A program made the translations under genes and the position numbers. 53,822 bases of DNA from a virus (Duplodnaviria > Caudoviricetes). Positions within the stretch are counted from its first letter, which is position 1. Every line of letters begins with the position of its first letter. Positions 36,601 through 47,000 of this stretch are shown here, piece by piece. The notes under the pieces are model-generated. The model saw nothing but the letters and a program-made list of their open reading frames with translations, was not told the DNA's origin and did not search any database. Where the stretch lies: IMG/VR virus record IMGVR_UViG_3300007522_000026, positions 1-53,822 of that record. One strand, written 5' to 3'.

Positions 36601-38592
36601 TGCACCATAAGCAAATACTTCACCGGATGAAGTAACTGCCCAGAAACCATGCGCACTAGGATGTGCTTGTACTGAGCCACCATGCATATAATAATAATTT
36701 TGTGGTGGTGTTTGGCTAGCGATAATCCAGTTTCTTGTTGCTGTTTCCGGTAAATCTGTTCTTGTTTTCAATCCGCCACCAGGCCACCTGTCCATACCAT
36801 AAGCTGCATCACCAAAAGCATAAATAGTACCATCACCATAAATAACATAATAGCCTTGACCAGTATGTGTTGCTGAAATAGTCTTAGCAAAATTAGCATT
36901 AATTTCAAATAAACGATTACTACGAACAGGCCAACGGATAACGTGTTGAGTTTCGCCACCAGCACCACCTTCATACAAGCTCGCTGAGCCATAAGCCCAA
37001 ACATGCCCCATCCAATCAAGAACCCAATAACCCTTACCGTCTGGATGAGCCGTTATACTTGCAGCCTGATTTCTACCATAAGGCCACGGAGAATGCTGTC
37101 CGATGCTATCAAACAAACTAGGGCTTTCTAACGGTACTGAACCAAACGCTGTGGAATCATAATAAGAAGCGTCACCAAAACCATATACGTTACCAAAAGT
37201 ATCAAGAACCCAATAACCCCTAACAGGATGAGGCGCAATAGAATGAGTCAAAGGCAGGTCATCAAAGTTATCAATAGAATATTCACTAACAGAAGCGCCA
37301 ACACGATAAGCAACAATATCTCGTATACCAGCACGATACTGATTGCCATAAACTCCCTGAATACCAGAATAGTAGAGTCTAGTAAAGTAAACTCTGATAA
37401 TTAAAGCTCCAGGATTACCAGCAGCACCATACTCGCGAGGTAATTGTATTTCCATAGCAGAAATATCTACCTCACGACCATCTGGAATAGCTTGAGGAAT
37501 ATTAACTTTACTCACATAATGTATACCACCAGAATTTGGAATAGTCTCAGTGCCTTGATAGACACCATTTTCAGCCACTGCAATATAACACTCATAACCA
37601 CCAGCCCAAGGAGTTAAATTAATAGAAGATACACCTCCAGCGTTATTAGCTGGAACAGTAAACTGAAACCAAACTGTACCAGAGTTAGTTGAAGCATAAG
37701 CTTCAGATAAAGAGAACGTAGAAGGGTTACCATCATTAGAATAAGAGTTGCCATGCGCACTTCTTGTACTGTCAGAATCACCAGAAGAAGTTGAAGTAAC
37801 AAGCCTTACCTCTCCCTTGCTGGCAGGAGAAACCCCTGTACCTCCAGCCTTAGGACCCCAAATGGAATCAAAAGCACTCTTACCGGCAGGATAATACTCT
37901 AACGGGTAAAGGCCACCGGGAATAACTGGTGGGAAAACAATTTGATCTAAAAGGATTCTGCCAATATCTCTACAAGTTAAAGTTAACTTACCATCAGAAC
38001 CAGATTGAATGCTATCAATCAACCACAAGCCAGTGATAACAACATTTTCGTTATCAAGATTATCATCAATAGAAGTATAGTTATCCTCAGTGGGATTACC
38101 ACCATAACCCTGATATGTTCTAATCAAAGCATGAGGGATTAAAACATTACTCCAAGAGAAAGATCCATTCCATTCACCATTTTTTTTGAAAGCACCTTGG
38201 CCCGGAGTTTGACTCCATAAGTCCAAATCGCCCTCACCACGTTTAGGCCAAAAATATCCTGGGTAACCAAGTTGACCGTCAAGTTGTTGTTGTGTAGTAT
38301 TTCCCTCATGCCACATGTTATACATAGATATATTACATGTAGCCAAATCTTGCCCCAAGCTACGATTAATATCAATAGAACTAATATTTGGCACCTCATA
38401 CTGATCACTAGAACCATTGGTCGTTTCAAAATATCTGTAAGGACCTCTAATAGAACTGCCATACGAAGGAGTGGTTTGCCTTAAGCTCCATAATGGCTCA
38501 ACAGTAACACGACCATTAATAGCATCTTGACCAATGAAAGATCCAATTTGAGCCTTATCAAAAAAGGAAGTATTAAATTTCAACTTTTTCAC
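33640..38592 (-). CDS. Large tail-tip/hub protein with propeller-like GYW repeats, bulb-type lectin domain and GH39-like domain
   Basis: Repeats GYWVLD..G.V..(F/Y)G.A; lectin repeats QADGNLV.Y twice plus QNDRNLAIY; GH39-like YNIVYAAIKA....VYGPS. Confidence 0.8.
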   Translation of the reverse strand: MKKLKFNTSFFDKAQIGSFIGQDAINGRVTVEPLWSLRQTTPSYGSSIRGPYRYFETTNGSSDQYEVPNISSIDINRSLGQDLATCNISMYNMWHEGNTTQQQLDGQLGYPGYFWPKRGEGDLDLWSQTPGQGAFKKNGEWNGSFSWSNVLIPHALIRTYQGYGGNPTEDNYTSIDDNLDNENVVITGLWLIDSIQSGSDGKLTLTCRDIGRILLDQIVFPPVIPGGLYPLEYYPAGKSAFDSIWGPKAGGTGVSPASKGEVRLVTSTSSGDSDSTRSAHGNSYSNDGNPSTFSLSEAYASTNSGTVWFQFTVPANNAGGVSSINLTPWAGGYECYIAVAENGVYQGTETIPNSGGIHYVSKVNIPQAIPDGREVDISAMEIQLPREYGAAGNPGALIIRVYFTRLYYSGIQGVYGNQYRAGIRDIVAYRVGASVSEYSIDNFDDLPLTHSIAPHPVRGYWVLDTFGNVYGFGDASYYDSTAFGSVPLESPSLFDSIGQHSPWPYGRNQAASITAHPDGKGYWVLDWMGHVWAYGSASLYEGGAGGETQHVIRWPVRSNRLFEINANFAKTISATHTGQGYYVIYGDGTIYAFGDAAYGMDRWPGGGLKTRTDLPETATRNWIIASQTPPQNYYYMHGGSVQAHPSAHGFWAVTSSGEVFAYGAAKNYGGLVNRTYNAGMASQFHMSKTEYTRSIRCTKTGKGYWITFPTGNIASFGDAVGQGPVNVNQDVYLKPQEGYVVEETRDTYLFRQLVWDIAPDPDGTGFWVLIANGNVLEYNAESWGSPGWTGKTGYRWHDGNFNGDWTEIVKDVLLWSGFTLYNPSINGSDDPEVYGMLEGTAIRTDSIVSGEKFDKKTIIDVIKELATVVGYNAYVTEEGLFKFASPNWWQAGNFDENGLPIYVSYDDSGGYTRVAEDYSPSIGSPPASAVLTSGQYLSQSVVSGAGTRVGSQISCNGTTLVMQADGNLVMYAGATTWGRYFPAASGPIWNSGTWGNSGAYAVMQADGNLVIYKGLWASKVAIWNSGTYMYPGSQLRLQNDRNLAIYYPVLGTGFNKVWDTKTTINTSILPTPFIPVIHESVDMFSYNATLSGSDDRTEIIIGTDLPDPKDASRTGYVRHIPPVANEYVSPGIKKLRGIEKPAMWVSALFQNNEEAQLMAELIGIHAWFAQRNGSVSCVANPCITIDDQIRIIERNTNETYIHRVTAVDSKMNLDSGEWTYDLTTHWLGDASNWVISNSPQINSPYPYVTISERVDSWQSVTSRGLATAAAGSTERFAIMRGEFDSISETLPRSSIFGIEPKTLGAAGTGDIDNTLHVNLMLYGNGIGWALGGATSLASAFALASLASKSITMTLGYCPTYYQVGGGNESPDPIKYSELADAYVAILSDQTIFPPSDIDPVTGIGDAVYYPDRVIVWKNLYDFDTIDDYVNFYNIVYAAIKAWNDNIMVYGPSCDVTDITSLNYFITNSDGYDGIALHGDYSDSTWGTHLAAIDEINTAPLIVSLDGGTAGSPEILFNSVSSGSIVFWPSNEEFISPNALNAASWIFNGTLQLYSLVGNCKLTTNTLTAPLGSYVYIEIYDGSSLIFNSEIAPVNEYISIPNIGVNNSIKNYTFKIKGIASSTGSGALKVTLSGGNIDQTSVSDTLIIVAI

Positions 38593-38624
38593 CTTCCATT
38601 GTAATCTCCTTTATCCTTAACTAT

Positions 38625-38653
38625 ATTGTATATTACGACATCATTAAAGTCAA
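38625..38653 (-). promoter_or_regulatory. Sigma70-type promoter
   Basis: TTGACT-N17-TACAAT on the minus strand. Confidence 0.65.
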
Positions 38654-38661
38654 ATAACAAG

Positions 38662-39435
38662 CTATCCTGCATTTGATTGAATAATTATAAGATCCGCTAT
38701 CAAACTAGCTCTAGTATCAGAATCAAACTCGCCTGTAATAGTTAGACTAGATATATCCTGATATTCCGAAACAGCATCATTGGTTGCAATGTCATATTTC
38801 CCATCTAATGTAAGTTTTGCACCAATAATAAGATTTAAAGATCTTTGTAAAATGATAGTATACCAAGAATATTCGCTTGAATCATTCAGATCAGGTAAAA
38901 CTCTCACACTTGGCAAAAGTTCGCTTGCCTGATATTTCCTTAATACTCCAACAGAAGCCGAACTCCCCACATTTGTTAAAGTATTGCCCCAATCTAATGA
39001 TTTAGCTTCAGCCTGATATTCCATATGCCAAGGAAACTCTACTGAACGAGTTCTTTTAGGTGAAAATGATGTTAGGTAAACCCAATTTTTTTGACCCAAA
39101 TCATCTACTATCAAAATTTGTTTACTTTCATTGCACCATAATACCATAATATTATATTGTGATTCCGTAAGAATTGTCCCAGAGAATGACATTGATTGAA
39201 CTTCTGGTCTACCCTCATACTGAACAATTTTACCTGTAGCGGTCGGTTTAGAAGTAATCTTTTTTTGTATAGATGGCATAGAAGCATCAATAGGATTAAT
39301 AGCCATCTCATATATTTGTGAAAGTGAATAATCAATAAACTGCCAAGGAACTCTTATGGCAGCAATTTCTGTTGGTACAGTTATTCCTTCACCAAATAGT
39401 TCTTCACCAAATAAGAATTGACCAAATTTAGCCAT
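38662..39435 (-). CDS. Distal-tail-like minor tail protein (paralog of 40660-41073)
   Basis: Shares W.F.D...Y...NP, SG.I...QY, DDL and RS..FPW with the 40660-41073 product. Confidence 0.65.
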   Translation of the reverse strand: MAKFGQFLFGEELFGEGITVPTEIAAIRVPWQFIDYSLSQIYEMAINPIDASMPSIQKKITSKPTATGKIVQYEGRPEVQSMSFSGTILTESQYNIMVLWCNESKQILIVDDLGQKNWVYLTSFSPKRTRSVEFPWHMEYQAEAKSLDWGNTLTNVGSSASVGVLRKYQASELLPSVRVLPDLNDSSEYSWYTIILQRSLNLIIGAKLTLDGKYDIATNDAVSEYQDISSLTITGEFDSDTRASLIADLIIIQSNAG

Positions 39436-40647
39436 TTAGACAATAATCCATTCATATGGTGATGGTGTAGCAGCACCATCAGAAACAGAAATAAGTAGAA
39501 GTTTTAGAACATCATACTGTGATGATAAAGTTTGATTTGAGTATGAACCATTAATTGTTTGAGTAGCATTCGGTGTAATAGTAACAGCGTTAGCACTAGC
39601 ATCAGTTTTTATATATGTTATAACTCTACCAATGTAAGAAGTGCCAAGCGAACTAATGTCTGGTAAAGTTCTGGTAATTACACCAGAACTTGCGTCACAT
39701 ACAGTATAACCTAAAAGGTTACCAAAATTTGATACTGCTATATCTGTATCTGTATCTGAAACATTTGAAATATATGTTGACATTGAATTAGAGTTACGGA
39801 AATAATCCACACCACCCAAAATAGTCCAACCATTAGTAGCACCTTGATATACCATACCGTAGCCTGCGCCGAAATCTCCAGATGGTAACAAGAGATAATT
39901 GTTCAATACAGCAATTGAACTAGTGCCATATACTTGTACAGTATCCCTTACCCATACTCCAGCTGTTAAAGTGTATGTTCCAATATTTTCTGGAACAGGA
40001 GCATAACTTCCATCAGTATAGATAGCACAAAGAAGTGTTTCGCCGTTAAACGCAGAGTTAGATTTTAATATACCATTCGGAGTAACATACAAATAATATT
40101 CATTACCGAACGTAAGGCCCATAAAAGCCGCTATAAGAGCCGTACCAGGGCCAATAAACCCAATATGGTCAACAGCAATACCAGGGTTCGTAGATGGCCC
40201 TGTAGAGCCAGCAGGGCCAGTGGAGCCAGCAGGGCCAGTAGGGCCAGCACCAGTAGGGCCAGTTGGTCCCGTAGAGCCAGCACCTGGACCAATTGAACCC
40301 TGCACACCGGCAGAACCAGTAGGACCAGCAGGACCAGTAGCGCCAAGAGCACCCTGAGGGCCAGTAGCACCAGAAGCAGTAATTATAACATTCAAAACTC
40401 CGGTAGAGTCATTATAAGTAATAGTAGCACCAGTAGTAGTACCGCCAGAAAACATTAAACCCACAGTATCTTGAATAATCTCAGTAACAGAACTAGTAGT
40501 AACAAGAGCAGCAGAACTTGTTATACCATGAATGTTAAGAGATTTTGCCTCATGAGCCTGAACAGCAGTAATAATATCATTAGTGATAGATGCAATAACA
40601 GAATCAACGTTATCAGTATACGGGAAACCCGTAGGTGGCCATGCCAT
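39436..40647 (-). CDS. Collagen-like tail fibre
   Basis: G-x-T triplets; C-terminal TLP...[17 protein letters not shown]...INGS domain. Confidence 0.8.
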   Translation of the reverse strand: MAWPPTGFPYTDNVDSVIASITNDIITAVQAHEAKSLNIHGITSSAALVTTSSVTEIIQDTVGLMFSGGTTTGATITYNDSTGVLNVIITASGATGPQGALGATGPAGPTGSAGVQGSIGPGAGSTGPTGPTGAGPTGPAGSTGPAGSTGPSTNPGIAVDHIGFIGPGTALIAAFMGLTFGNEYYLYVTPNGILKSNSAFNGETLLCAIYTDGSYAPVPENIGTYTLTAGVWVRDTVQVYGTSSIAVLNNYLLLPSGDFGAGYGMVYQGATNGWTILGGVDYFRNSNSMSTYISNVSDTDTDIAVSNFGNLLGYTVCDASSGVITRTLPDISSLGTSYIGRVITYIKTDASANAVTITPNATQTINGSYSNQTLSSQYDVLKLLLISVSDGAATPSPYEWIIV

Positions 40648-40659
40648 TGTTAAACTCCT

Positions 40660-41073
40660 TTAAACCTCTGCCAGTATAAGACCGGCAATTTTGTACGAAT
40701 GCTTCCAAGGAAAATTTCTACTTCTCACACGACTAGTAGAAAAAGTTTCTATATAAATTAAAAATGTTCTAAACAAATCATCAGTCATCTCAATAGGATA
40801 AGGCAAAGATGACCACCTCTCCATATCTTTATACTGCTCTTTACTATAAATCAAACCCGAATAATCAAACTTCATTTGCTCATTAGGTTGAGCAAAAATT
40901 ACGTTACTACCAATATGGACTATACCTGATGTATCGACATAGTTAGAAACCGAAGCAGAATAACCCATAGTCTTATTTATGGCATTACTACCATTATCAG
41001 AATTAGGATTAACAGGAAAAATATATGTCTCACCCTCTATACTATCATAAAAACTCCATGCCTTACGAGCCAT
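40660..41073 (-). CDS. Distal-tail-like minor tail protein
   Basis: Directly follows the tape measure gene; GGAGG RBS. Confidence 0.65.
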   Translation of the reverse strand: MARKAWSFYDSIEGETYIFPVNPNSDNGSNAINKTMGYSASVSNYVDTSGIVHIGSNVIFAQPNEQMKFDYSGLIYSKEQYKDMERWSSLPYPIEMTDDLFRTFLIYIETFSTSRVRSRNFPWKHSYKIAGLILAEV

Positions 41074-41083
41074 CAATACCTCC

Positions 41084-44000
41084 TCAGTACCTGCGTGGGC
41101 CCGACCCAGAACGTCCAGTGCCTAAAGCTTGAGAAAGAACCTCAACCACTTCAGACTCTCCCATACCATTATTAACATAAATTTTAATATCTTGTGTTCT
41201 ATTATCCTGATAACCAATACCAGCCCTACCAGCAGCATCCCTAGTCTGAGAAACCTGGTCAAGCCTACGAACCTCATAAAGAGTAGGCAAAGCAAGACTT
41301 GTAGGAAGATTCTGCTGAAGATCTGAACCAATATCATTTTTCAACTGTTTAATAGTTAACTCAAGATCCTTAAACTGTTTAGTCCCAGGAATAAGAGTAG
41401 TTTTCAAACCCTCAAGATAATTAGCATACTGGCTCTTTGTGATCTGACCCATATCAAGCAAGAATTTGTAATCATCCATCTTATCACTAAAGACAGCATC
41501 ACGAGCAGCTTTATCAGCACTAATAGTAGCAGCCCTCGCCTGATTAATTGCAGCAACACCAGCACCAGCAGCAATAGTGTCAGCAAGCTGTTGCCTAGTA
41601 GACTGTGCCGCAACCTGTGCCGCACCAACCTCATCACCCATAGCAGTAAGTTCAGCTTGACGTAAATCAAACTGACTAATACGAGCAGCATTCATAGCGT
41701 CAGTAAGTTCTTTCTGAATCTCTATAACTCTCCTTGCGGCATCAGCCTGTGCAGCAATACCACGAGCTTCAGTAGCCTGCTGTTTGGCCAATACAAGACT
41801 AATATTTGCTTGAGCTATGGGATCATTCTTTGCGATAATGGCAGAGAAAAGCGCAAACTGTGCCTCGCGTTGAATATTATTTGCATCCTCAAGAGCTTTT
41901 TGAGCAGATATAAGACTTGATTGAGCAGCAGCAAGTTCGCTAACATTAGTAGCATTAGCCACAGCTTCTTGAGCTGCTATAACATTAGTTTCTGCTGAAG
42001 CAACAATATCACCATTAAAGGTTTGCATGGCAGCAAATAGTCCAAACTGCGCTTGACGTTCAGCTTGCAAATTCTTTATAGCTTCCTTTTTTGTTGCCTC
42101 ATCAGCAGCGATTGTTGCCGCATTAGCAGCGTCTTTAGCATCTTTAGCAAAAGTATCCAAACCTAAAGCCTGGAAAATTGTTTCTATAACTAAAGTAATA
42201 TTTGCTAAAGCAGCTTCTTCAGCTGGAGTTCTAACACTAGCACTGGGGGCAGGCCCCGCAGTAACAGTTTTGGCCGGTTTAGCAGACCTTCTGTTCGTAG
42301 GTCTAGGGTCAGGAAGCCCCAAAGCAGCAGCATCTTTTGAAGTAATGGCTTGTTTAGATTCATAATCAACTACCTTACCTGGAGTGGAAAACATGCCAGA
42401 AGTCCGACCCGTTTGCATGGACTGCTTGCTTATTATTTCCCACTTTCTTGATTTTGCATTATACCTATAAAGAACACCATTAATCATCCTCTCAAGACCA
42501 TTCTTAGGGTCTTTCAAATTACCAGGAGTAGGAATGTCAGGTGCAGCAATAAAATCTACTGGGTTCAGCGAAGGAGCAAGATCGGCTGGATCTGTGCCAG
42601 CCGGAGCCAAAGTAGATAATCTTGCCTTCTCAATAGCAAGTACATTCATTTTTTCAATCAGCTGATCCCTACCCTGTTTGACGGTTATCTGACCGCTGTC
42701 AATCTGATTAAGAATTGACTCAAGGAACATATCAGCAGTTTCACCACTAATAGCCAAGAACGCTAAATTGAATGCCTCATAGCTTCCAGTTAGCTGCTGA
42801 AGCGAAGACTTCAACAAACCAAGCTGAGCAGACACAGGTATATCAATCCTAGAATTAGCAATATCAACAGCTTGTTGAGCAGTATAAGCATTCTTAATTC
42901 TAGTATCCATAATAGATTTTTGAATATCAACATACTCCAAAGCCAACTCACCCGCAAGATCAGCAGAAATGTTATCAGTACCAAGACCAGAAACAATAGA
43001 TTTAAGAATCTGCTGTTGCCTTTTAATATCATTATTGCCACTAAAGCTTTGACTTCTCTTCGCAATAGAAATCTGAGAACTGACAGTTTTGCTAACTTCT
43101 TCTGAAACAGTTTTTTGAGCTTCTCTTAATGTGGCTAAGAATTTATCGTCAACAGAGCCACCCTTTTTAACAACATCTTTAAAGTTTTCTATTTGAATTA
43201 AATAACCTTTAATAAATTGATTTCTAGAAATTCCACCAGAATCCAATAAGCTTTTAAGTTCCGTCAATGTAGCATCTGCCTTAACACTAGCAGCTTTACC
43301 AAATATCTTTTGATATTCAACTTCAATTAATTGATTAATATCCCCTTGACTTGCGCCTCCAGCTTGCCGACTTTCAAAGTTTTTTATAATATTATTAGCT
43401 AACTGTATCGTACCTTTATCATCAACTCGGTCTCCCTTTTTACCATCCTTACCAATTAACAAACCTGTATCAGCAATTGATGTTACTTGTTGTATAAAAT
43501 CTTGACGATCTTGTAAAGCTAGCTTTACAATCTGACCAGTAAGTTCCGATGGGTCATTCAATCCAAGAAAATCTGCAAGTTTTTTAAGATATGCTTTTTC
43601 TTCTTTGTCAAAGCTCGTACTAATAGTATTGCGATTCAGAATTTTAGTGTCGCCAGATTTTTCAAAATCTTTTACGCCATCATTATTTCTGTTTCCAGAA
43701 ACTGCAATAAGTTCTTTAATTTTAAATTCAAAATCACCAGTTGGTTTCCCAAGCTCAGGTTTAAATGTATTTATATTATAAGCAAGATTTCCACTTTTTA
43801 ATAATTTAATTGCTAAAGCCTTTTGAGGACTAACTGATAATTCATTAATTTGATCTTGGATTAACTGTGCTTCACTAGATGGAGCATCGCCGAAAATACC
43901 TTTAGCACCAGAAACCAGTTGAGATACAATACCTTCTTTACTTTTTGCTTTTCTCTTTAGTTCTTTTAATACATCAATTCTAGTTTCTTTTGCCGCAGCA

Positions 44001-47000
44001 AGTTCGACAGGGTTACCCTTAAAACTTTCTAATATTTTTTTAGTAGCCTCTTGTTCTATTTTAGCAATTTCTTTGGCTTCTTCGGCAAGAGAGTCAGCTT
44101 TTTTGGATAGACCATACCATACTGAAGCAAAAATAGCTGCTACCGCAACACCAGCACCGATACCGACACTACCGCCGCCAATCAGACGCAAGAACCCCGA
44201 ACCCACAGCAGCCCCCCTGCTCGCTGCCGTCGGAGCAGCTAATGTTGCAGTTGCAGCCCCCTTAACTTGAGCTGCACCAGAAAGATTTAGTGCTTCAGTA
44301 TAAGCTACTTCCGCAGCAATCTTAGCCTCTGTTGAAGCCACAACACGCGCATTTGCTTGTATTACTAAAGTATCATTTGCCGCACCAGACGCTTCAGCTA
44401 CCTGCGCTGCTTGTAAAGCTGCAAGATGTTCTACTTCAGCTAAAGCTAATGCTTGTTTAGCAGCTAAAACTGGAGCTGAAGCCGCTGCCCCAGTCACACG
44501 AGTAGCGGTAAGTTGACCCTCTGCAAGAGTTAGGTTTTGTGTAGCTAAACGGTGTGCTTCTTTAGCAGCAGTTGCTTCAACCTCAATCGCAGCCAACGCC
44601 TGACCCGTAATACCCAGCTCAAACGTGGCAGCCATCAAGGCTTGATTCGCAAGAGTTAATCTTTCAGTGGCCGCAGCTTCTGCATTTTTTGCGGCTGTTA
44701 ATCCTGCGCTTGCTCCACCACCCGCAAGACCCCTACCAGCACCACCCGTAAGACCTCTTATAGAAGTCAAAGAACCAGGCAAAAACTTTTTACCCAAACC
44801 ACCAATACCTTTAACTATAAGAGCAAAAGTCAACATAATTCCAGGAAAACCCTGCAATACTTTATTAATACTACCCACTATTTTTAGCGCACCACTCAAA
44901 GAAAAAACCAACCCTTTTGCAGCACCAATCGCAGCCTGCAAACCCGCAGTAAGACCAGAATCAAGAAATTCCATAGCCAAAACATGCATCTGCTGAACCA
45001 AAGCTTTAACTGAAATTGTAAGTGAACTTAGTATCTTCTGATATCTTGTCTCTAGAGAACCAGAAGAGTCTTCAGCCGCTTGAGTAAGCCTTTCCAAAAC
45101 CTCATTATTTGCCAAAGCAGGAATAAGGGCCTGAGCTTCACGCTTACCACCCAAAAGACTAACAACAAATTGTTTAGATTTAGCATTAAGATTTTCGTAC
45201 TCTTTAGCAATAGTAGTTAAAGTTCCCTGTATATCAGAATTATTAACAGCATTAATAAACTCAGGTGTTCTCAAAGCATCAGAAGCAACCGCTAACTCTA
45301 ATAGCTTATCTTTATTCTCTGAAATAGCAGGAATAATTCTACCAAAGTTTTCCGCCAAAGCAGCACCACTCTTACCAGAACGCTGCTGAGCCGTAGCGGC
45401 CAAAGCAGAGAACTCCTCCAAACTAAATCCGGCCTCTTTAGCAACAGGCGCAATATCGCCAATGAAAGCAATAGTCTCACGACCCAACACGCCAGAAGAT
45501 CTTTCCAAAGCAACCGCAACGTTACCAATATCTTCAAATGTTCTACCAAAAGAAAGACTAGCAGCGGTAAGGCCATCAGTAATTTCCTTAGGAGCTAACT
45601 CTGTAGCAATAGCAATTTTGGTAGCAGACTCAACCTGGCTTTTAACAAGCTCCAATCCGCTCTTATTACCAATAGTTTCAGAAGCAAAAGCACCAATAAG
45701 TTGCTGAGTTAGACTAGCAACAATATCCAACTGTAAACCAGTCTCTTTGGAAATGTTTATAATTTCACTTTTAATCTCAGCAAAAGCGGTTTTAGAATCA
45801 GAACCATACTTTGACCAATTAGTAGCATCAACTTGTTCTTGAATCTTATTTAACTCAACCTTAAACTGCTCAGCCTCCACAACAGACTTACTGATCCCAG
45901 AAGCAGCACCGAATAGAGCCATAGAAGGTATAGCATACTTAAGTGAAGTCAAAGCACCAGAACCAAAGAATTTAGAAGCACTCTGATCTTTTTGAGAATT
46001 CAAGCCAAATTTACTAGTAAATCTACCAAACACACCAAGTGGTTTCGTATTGGTATTGGAATCTTCTGCCTTTGCTTGCTTTCTAGAAGCTTTCCTTACA
46101 TCAGAAGCCTCCTGCTTCAGTCGCTGCTCTTGCTGTCCGCGCGGACTCTGAGCATATGATACTTCATCACGAGCTTTTTCCAAAGAAGTCTTAGGCGGGA
46201 TCTTTTCTGCTTTAGCTGCTGCTTTATCTGCTGCTTTATTTGCTCTATCTTGTTCTTGCTCTATTTTTTGTTGACTTGAAATTCTACCTTTTGCATTATT
46301 GATTTGATCATCAAGTACTTGTGCTCCCTTTTTCTTACCAAGTATTATAGCATTTAATTTTCCTTCTTCTAATGTCTTAACCAATGATTCGTTTTTAGCA
46401 ATTATCTCTTTTTCACTAATACCTTCTAATTTGTCAGTTGCTCTTTTGGCTCTTGCGTTAGCATTACGGTAATTCTTATTTACGCTTTCAATATTAGCAT
46501 CTTTAGGAACAGTCCCAGCCAGCTTTGCTTTTTCAAGTCTACTAAGTTGCCCTGTTGCAAAATCAGTCTTTGCTCTTTGTTTTACAGCAGCTTGTCCTTC
46601 TGGAGATTTAGCAATCGCATCTCTGCTTTGAGCTGCGTTCAAATCTCTAGCTGGCGCTTCCGCAACTCTTGCTGCCGCAGTTTGCCTAGACTTTAAAGCT
46701 CTAATTTGATCACCAGCAGCAGCTTCCAGCCTTTTATCACCCAATATTTTTGCATTTGCTTTAATAATTTCATACTCTTGCAATAACTGTTTTTCTGCAG
46801 CTACCAACTGCTCCCCACTAAGAGTAGCTAATCCTTGTTCTAATTGTTGCGCCTTATCTTGCGCTGCAACAATATTTGGTCCAACAGATTGAATTGGAAT
46901 ACCAGCGGCAACAGCTCTTTGTTCTTGACTTCCTTGTTTTTTAATATCCTGAGTGCCTACAAATCTCGCATCTCTAACAACTCCAAGAGCAAGATTTGCC

